A program made the translations under genes and the position numbers. The notes under the pieces were generated by a model. That model did no database searches and was not told the DNA's origin. It saw only the letters and a program-made list of their open reading frames with translations. From positions 36,084,001 to 36,148,000 of the forward strand of contig CM022665.1 in the NCBI GenBank assembly GCA_012295275.1: 64,000 nt of DNA, in the 5' to 3' direction. Position 1 is the first letter of the stretch. Every line of letters begins with the position of its first letter. The stretch is from Chrysomallon squamiferum (Eukaryota > Animalia > Mollusca). Positions 56,801 through 64,000 of this stretch are shown one piece after another.

Positions 56801-59262
56801 ACTCTTCAGGTACGCCTGTCGTGTACACAAGCTATGACTTCGTTAAAAGCGTTCTGAGGTTAAGAAAAATGAAGTGAAGTTATAAATTGTGAAGTTATAA
56901 CTACTTGACGTGTCGCATGGATGGTCTATATTTTAAAGTAAAAATATTATTTTATGTGAAGTTTTGAAGCTTAAGTTGACAATACATATTTTTTATCTCA
57001 AAGTTTATTATAAAACATTTCACGAGTATTTTAAAACTCTTTATCTGAGTATTTCCAGGTTGTTTTTCTTTCTTTAAATCTGACATGTTTAATTATCTTT
57101 TCTTGCAGATAATATTTGGCTTAGTAAAACTATTTTTAAAATATATTTATATTTTATTTGTTTATTTTTTTCTTCTTTTCCCCTTAATTTTTGACACTAT
57201 TGTTAGGCATATTGGTTCTTCACTATATTAAGATATTTAAAAATTATGTAATTATATCGTGTTTTTCGCAAACATTTATTTATTTGCAATTTTGATTATT
57301 GCTGAAAAGTAATAAACAGCTAAACTATTTTTGGTTGATTCCGTTTGGTTGCCAGGCTATTTTAAATATATAACGATGATTTGATTTCCTTGACGTAATG
57401 TTTAAGACTGTTAAAATAAGCTATTTCAGAAACACCTGATATTTAGATAAATAATAATAATAATAATAATAATAATATTTATTATTATTGTTGTTGTTAT
57501 TATTATTATTATTTATCTGTAAATCTCTACCTATCTATCTGTCAGTAACTCTATCTATATATCTATCTATATCTATCTATCTATCTATACACACACACGC
57601 ACGCACACACATATTTATATAAAGACAACTAAAGCAAATACATTCAAGTATGATGGGGTTTGGATCATGTTGTTTGATATTGTCATCAACAAACAAAATG
57701 CCTCACATAAAACATTGTGCAAACTGTTAATATCTTTTTAAAATATAACTCTAGATGATTCGATATTTCTGTCCAAAAACAGAGTTTGTGCGTTGTTTGA
57801 TTAATCAGAGATCCGTCGGTTTAGTGATCATATCTGAACAAATTTAATCAGGAATAAAGCTTATGCAGGGTAGAAGTTTGACCTGGCGAGGCTTAGTTCT
57901 TTGGGGAAAGCACGTTTTTCCTAACTGACAAATACAGATAATGAATCGTGAATAAAGAAAGAACGAAAAACCAAAACAGAAAGAAATTAATTTCCATGAT
58001 TATTAAAGCCAATTTTAAACTGCAGAGCCATATGCTTTACTTCGTTTCGCGCAAGCATAAATCCAGTCCTGAGCTTATAATGGAGATTCGACCTCAACAT
58101 TAATTGAGAGGTACATTCTGGCTCATCTGTAAGTTTTATTGCAGACCATTATTATCAATAATCTATATTTGATACCTACCTTTTCGGCTAATGCGAAACT
58201 AATTATATATTTAACGCCAGTAATGATACATTCTAATGAAGGTTATCGTTATTGCGTTCAACACCTAAAACTCACTTTTAACAACTAGTTAGAGTTCTGT
58301 CACAATTAGATGTGCTGTAGATCAGTACGTCACCTCCTCTGGCTGTTAACATGAAACTGTTTTATGTTATTTTCCAAGGAGAGCACATGTGTTATTTTTT
58401 CTGTATAAAGCTAAATGTGTATGGTAAGTGTGAGTGTTTGATTAACGGAGCGCGCGCATGTGTGTAAGAGAGAGAGAGGAAAAGAAACAGAGAGATACTG
58501 GAAACAGAGGAGAAAGACAAAGAGATAGAGAAAAACGGAAAGAGAGAGAGTATTGAACAAACTGAACTGAGAGAGGAAGAGATACACAAATATATAGTAA
58601 AGAGACCATCTCTACAAGTTCAGATCCAGATAGTAGATCATTTTGGACATTCTACTTAAATACTTGTCCTCAAGAAGCAGTTTTCTATTTGTTCTGGTAG
58701 ATATATATTTGTATTTCATATCTTCACTGAAAGAGTCAACAGCAGACAGATTTTCATATCGGCATCTTTTATTCTCGTTTATCTCTGGCGATCGTGACTG
58801 CCAGAAGGATTTGCCGTCGAGTTAATGCGAATAAAATACATTAAAGAAACCTCTGCAGTTGAAATAACAAATTGGAATAAAAATGTCGTAAACTGTCATA
58901 TTGATTTGCATTCTGAATATTTCCTCTTGCTACACTCTAGATCTGAGCAGCACTGAAAGCAGCGCGTGTGTAAATACATCTTTCAGATAACGAGTAATTA
59001 GAAAAGCTGAATCTTGTTTTTCCTCTCAGTTGTACAAAGGACAGATCAGTTAGTTAGATTATCTTCACGTCTACTCCATCATGATTAATTCTAATTAGAC
59101 AAATATGAATTTGCTGGGGGGAAAAATACTCTCCTTCCCTTCATCATCATCATCATCATCATCAAATCCTCCTCTTCTTCCTACTCAATTTTTCTTCCTC
59201 TTTTATTCTACATGTTCTTCTCCTAACAGGCTAAAAGAAATCAGACAAGTCAGTGTTGTAAT

Positions 59263-59397
59263 ATGTTAACAGGATATCATGGAATCACATTGGTGGATGG
59301 AACAGTGTTGAAATGGTTGTTATTATCACTGCAGGTAACAGTTGAAGTTATTGTAAATGGTTCATGGAATGAAACTCATGGTCTCATATTAACATGA
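59263..59397 (+). mobile_element. Possible degenerate CR1/L2-type RT fragment
   Basis: Translates as GITLVDGTVLKWLLLSLQVTVEVIVNGSW, resembling the RT segment GI.G..L.W..SYL..R.Q.V.VNG; short and lacks the following GVPQG. Confidence 0.3.
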
Positions 59398-59565
59398 CGA
59401 TGTGTTAAGCTATGAGAAAAGCTTAAAATCCCTAGCTAATAACATAGGATTTGAGTTGCATATCAATTATCTTTTAAGATGCCCCGCAAGACCAACAGTT
59501 CCAGCCTGTTTAGTTTAAAACCAGCCAAAGACCATATCTTGTTCGTACATACATACATACATACA

Positions 59566-59599
<34 letters not shown>

Positions 59600-60084
59600 C
59601 ATATCAGTTCATTTTAATATATGTTAATAAAAGGAAGGAGGCTGTGTTTATTTGTGTGACAGGAACAAACTTCGTTTCGTCATTATTTCATGATTCATTT
59701 CTGATTCATCCTTCTATTTTTATGTCGCTAATAATCGTCTGTATGAACGATATTTCCAAATCATGTTTCAGTCTCAAAAATGTCGATGAGTGAAATAATT
59801 GTGGAGGTAATAATGTAGAGTTATCTAACAATCAGTATGTCTAACAAGGCTTTGTCACGTTTACTGCATCATCAAGTATGTACTATCTGCAGTTGTCTTC
59901 ATACCACTTTGGCCGAAATACTATTAGTGTATTCCTTAGAGAGATGGGTTAGGATAAAATCACGTTTGTGTGAATGTGTGGGTGAATAAATGTATGGATG
60001 TATGAAAGCATAACTGTATAAAAGTGTCATTGTATTTTTCATCGGCTTTTTCTATTAGTTTGAAATTATACCGATGACAATACA

Positions 60085-60252
<168 letters not shown>

Positions 60253-60319
60253 TTTTATGAACTTTTATGAACCTATATGACCATGTCAACAGAATTTGGT
60301 TTTGTATGTGTCAGTGTGT

Positions 60320-61016
60320 GTACGTTGAAACCAGAAGTGCTCCAACTTACGAGTTTTCCGACATTAGAGCAGTCGCCTGGTCGATTTTTTGCTTTGAGCT
60401 GCGAGCCAAAATCCGAGTCACGATCGAGCTTCAGATATGCCGCCGCTATTTGGCGCAACGAACAACACAACATCCGCCCAGCAGCCCCCGTCTCACTTGT
60501 TTACATCACATGGTTATCTCGCCGTTGAAGCATCTCTGTTGCGTTGTGCTCGCGTTTTATTCAATATTTTGCCAAATTCCCATGGATCCTAAGAAAGTGA
60601 GTGCAAAGGACAGTGCCGAGAAGAAGAAGCGGATGATGTCCATTGAATTTAAGCATGAAATCATAGAAAAACATGAGCGAGGTGTGCATGTAGTCAACAT
60701 GGCCAGGCAGTACGAGTGTAGTAATTTTACTATAAGTACCATACTGAAGCAGAAGGAGTCGATAAAGGCTGCAACTCCAGCAATAGGCGTTAAAATAATT
60801 TCCAAAGTGCAAACCTCTGTCCATGAAAAGATGGAGAAACCCTAACCCTGTACACTTTACAAAACCAATTTATTTCTTTACATTCTCTTTTATTTTGTTT
60901 TTATACAATATTTATCATTTGTACATACATTTTTCTTATTAAAAACATGTTACAAAAAATTTGGGTGGTTTTGGGGTGGCTGGAACGGATTAATGGTATT
61001 TCAATTAATTTTATTT

Positions 61017-61018
<2 letters not shown>
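60320..61018 (+). mobile_element. Internally deleted pogo/Tigger-family DNA transposon
   Basis: GC-rich island holding a transposase N-terminus. Subterminal-type text at both ends (ccaacttacgag...gctttgagctgcgagccaaaat; gctggaacggattaatggtatttcaatt) resembles Tigger ends from memory. Exact TIRs and TA target duplication not resolved; boundaries approximate. Confidence 0.75.
60582..60845 (+). pseudogene. Truncated Tigger/pogo transposase (CENP-B N-terminal/psq-type HTH only)
   Basis: MDPKKVSAKDSAEKKKRMMSIEFKHEIIEKHERGVHVVNMARQY...TISTILKQKESIK...HEKMEK matches the TIGD1/CENP-B N-terminal HTH pattern (K.EII...E.G.....AR.Y.....TI.TILK.K). It stops after 87 aa with no DDE domain. Confidence 0.85.

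Positions 61019-61103
<85 letters not shown>
61019..61103. repeat. (GA)n microsatellite
   Basis: Perfect dinucleotide run abutting the Tigger fragment. Confidence 0.97.
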
Positions 61104-61107
<4 letters not shown>

Positions 61108-62445
61108 GCTTAATCGATGAAATTTAAGTTACGTTAATTTATAAGTTATTATTTTATTCTATTTTGCAAAATTTTATTAATTTCTTCTTCATTTTTTTTC
61201 AAACAAACTTGAACCCTTTAACCCCATTGGGCTGAAATATCTTGAAAAGAAAATTCATTAAAATTTCAGCCGCCGATATTGCATTGAGAAAGGAAACGAA
61301 ATGGAAATTATTGATAAAGCAATCAAAATTAATGAACGCTTATTTGACAACGTTCATTTTCATTTGACAAAGTAGTTTACGAAATAACTTCAACGGTTTT
61401 TATTATGCTCTTCACAAATAATTTAATATTTTATACCATTATTTCGTATTATTTTGCAAAACATTATTCTGCGCAGAAAATCCATCACATTTTATGTAGG
61501 TGTTGTTTTATTGATATTTTTATATATAAAATACATTTTTTTGGCCAAAGTTACTTCCAGTTCTAAAAGGTGTTCCATATCAAGTGCTTCAAACCACATG
61601 CACTGTGCTTTCATGTTTAAAAAAAATAAAAATAAATAAAAAGACGCTCATAAAAGATTGCTCAGTTTGTTTATTAGTGCATAGTTTCTTTCATAAAAAA
61701 GCTATTGCATCAGATTAAAAGTATTAAAACTATTTTGTATGGTGTCGTTAAAACAATAATTAATTAAATTTTCTTCAGTAAACGAAATAATAAATTCTCT
61801 GTATCGGTTACTGTTATTATATTCGACACCAATTATTAACAGAAAGTTGACAGTTTGTTGCGATTTGACTTTAACGATGTTTAATCATTTTGATTTTGTC
61901 TCTTGAAAGATCTTAATAAGAGAGAAAAAAAAAAGTTAAAAAAAAGAGGAAGAAAATTGCTGATTTGGCATTTAAAATTTTGTAAGATTAATATATATAA
62001 AAAATCACATTTCATGTTTAATGAAAACTTTTTCACTTCGGACAAAATTTATCATTTGCAAATAGTAGTTTTCTGTTTGGTTTGTGTAGTAAATAATTAA
62101 TACATTCTCTTGTACTGTATCAGTTTCGTAACAGATTCAGTTTCAATCACACCGCTGCCAACTGACACGGTCAAACGCGCGCTCTGAAGAAAAGAATTCT
62201 GCCTCTAATCGACATTAAGTGAACGTCGGAAATTACAAACGTGATTGACCGGAACCGCGTATCCCTGTGAATCCCTTCCAGCTGTGAATACTGTTAATGA
62301 CAAAGAAAAAATAATGAGAGATAACGTAGAGATTATTTCGCCCACATTCGGCACCTGTCCAAAGATTGTTACAGAATTGTAGATACTTCATAAGCTAGTA
62401 GAAAAAGCGGACTGTATCTCTGTTGCTGAAGCACTGGTTTGGACG

Positions 62446-62495
<50 letters not shown>

Positions 62496-63124
62496 GACTA
62501 CGGGAAGGCACATTATAAAATTTCTTGCAGCTAACTGATAAGAATAGCCCATGGAATAGCTTCAGCGATCTCCTCTTTAATACCACCTTTGAAGAAATAA
62601 ATAACAATAATCACAGTTACTCAGAAACCACTGACTTGGAAACTTGAAATTCTCTTTAAATCATTTTCTCATGTCTGCTCTATTTCAACAAGTAAACTGT
62701 CTTCTCAGGTCCAGTGGATCACTGGATCAATCATGGGGAATACATCGAGCATCTTTGTTGTTGTTGGGCTTTTTTGGTGGGGGTCTTTTTTTTCAGATAA
62801 AACTCAGCAAAAAATGTGCAACTGTTGTAAAATACCATTCCTGAGAAGAAAGAAAGAATGAATATTCAACAACACCTAAACATTAATATTTTAATATTAA
62901 CAGTAATAAATGCATAATAAATGATAAATGGCTGGAATTTCAAAATGACGTGGTGAGCACATTAAGTTGTTAAGTTAGAGTAATCCACTGACTGGCGACA
63001 TTTTAATATTATTTCTGGTTTCATTTTAACAAGAGACAGATAACTGGAGAGACAGACAGTCAGAGAGACTGATACGTACATGCATACATACAAACATACA
63101 CATATCATAAATACATATTTAAAT

Positions 63125-63162
<38 letters not shown>

Positions 63163-64000
63163 ATATAGACACACACAATTCTACACCATATTCCCACGAT
63201 AGCTCGAACAAACAGGACTCTGCTTTCACATCTAAACCGTAATTTTACTTCTTTCTTCTCTTTCTTTTTCCCTTAATCTACTTATCTAGCGCATCGTTCT
63301 AATAATAAAGCTAGTCACATCTGATTGTGAATATAACAGACTGGTTAGCTTCAGCCACACTCATCCTAATCCTTTGCGGATGACGAGCTTCCATGGCGAC
63401 TGGGAAGCTAAGCTCATAGGATTCAAAATCAATACCAGCACAAAACGTCAGACATCTCTGCTGCATTTATTACTAATAATTTCAGTGTTCAAGTATTCCT
63501 AGAAATACGTGTCTTATTTTAATTGGGTTGATGGTCACGAATATTTGCTTCTGTGTGTCTTTGTCTGTCTGCGTTTATATCTCTAAGGGTGCATCTGTAT
63601 TTGTATGTGTGTAAGAATGTGTATTTAAAAGTATGGGTTGTTGTTGTTGTGTGTTTATGTGTCTGTGCTGTGTTTGTAAATGACTATATGTTTACTTACA
63701 CACATTCCTTTAATTTTTGACGTCATTAGTTTTATGAACTCTTCTTTCGCAATGCGGTAAATTTGTTCTAAGATAAATGACACTGTATGATTCGTAACTT
63801 CCATTACAATTATTCTGAATGCAAAAAAAAAATAGTTTCAGTTCCTTAATCAATAACCATTTTCCAAATTTTTTTTATAACTTAGCGATCTCTGTAATGG
63901 AATTTTACTTACATACCTTATTTTTTATATACACACATACAAACATACGTAAGTACATATAAATACACATACCTACGTAAATACTTTCAGACATACATAA

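Noticed and set aside
60267-60581. N-terminal 105 aa of the 192-aa ORF upstream of the transposase Met
   Set aside because: Read-through of element 5' non-coding sequence; transposase similarity starts at ATG 60582.
60840-60849. CCCTAACCCT telomere-like text at the transposon deletion junction
   Set aside because: Under two repeat units; expected by chance.

Overview
AT-rich, microsatellite-dense eukaryotic (invertebrate animal, possibly mollusc; taxon is an inference) genomic DNA. It contains one clear protein-coding gene: a + strand synaptotagmin (short N-terminus, TM helix, Ser-rich linker, C2A, C2B). Six coding exons lie at 35228-41603 (1248 nt, 415 aa; all introns GT-AG and phase-consistent). 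From memory it most resembles the invertebrate Syt-alpha/beta group. Upstream are two candidate first exons/promoters (donors at 14044 and 24895). Also present are an internally deleted pogo/Tigger transposon (about 60320-61018), degenerate LINE/SINE relics, a small dispersed repeat family, several minisatellites (40, ~53, ~78, ~85 and 3x34=102 bp units) and many (GA/CT)n tracts. The most unusual feature is that the last ~14 codons and stop of the synaptotagmin CDS (WHxL motif) are the first unit of a ~53-bp tandem array in the 3' UTR. The second unit forms an intact 18-aa ORF whose ATG overlaps the main stop (ATGA). Almost all other ORFs in the track are microsatellite artefacts. No rRNA, tRNA or CRISPR was recognised.
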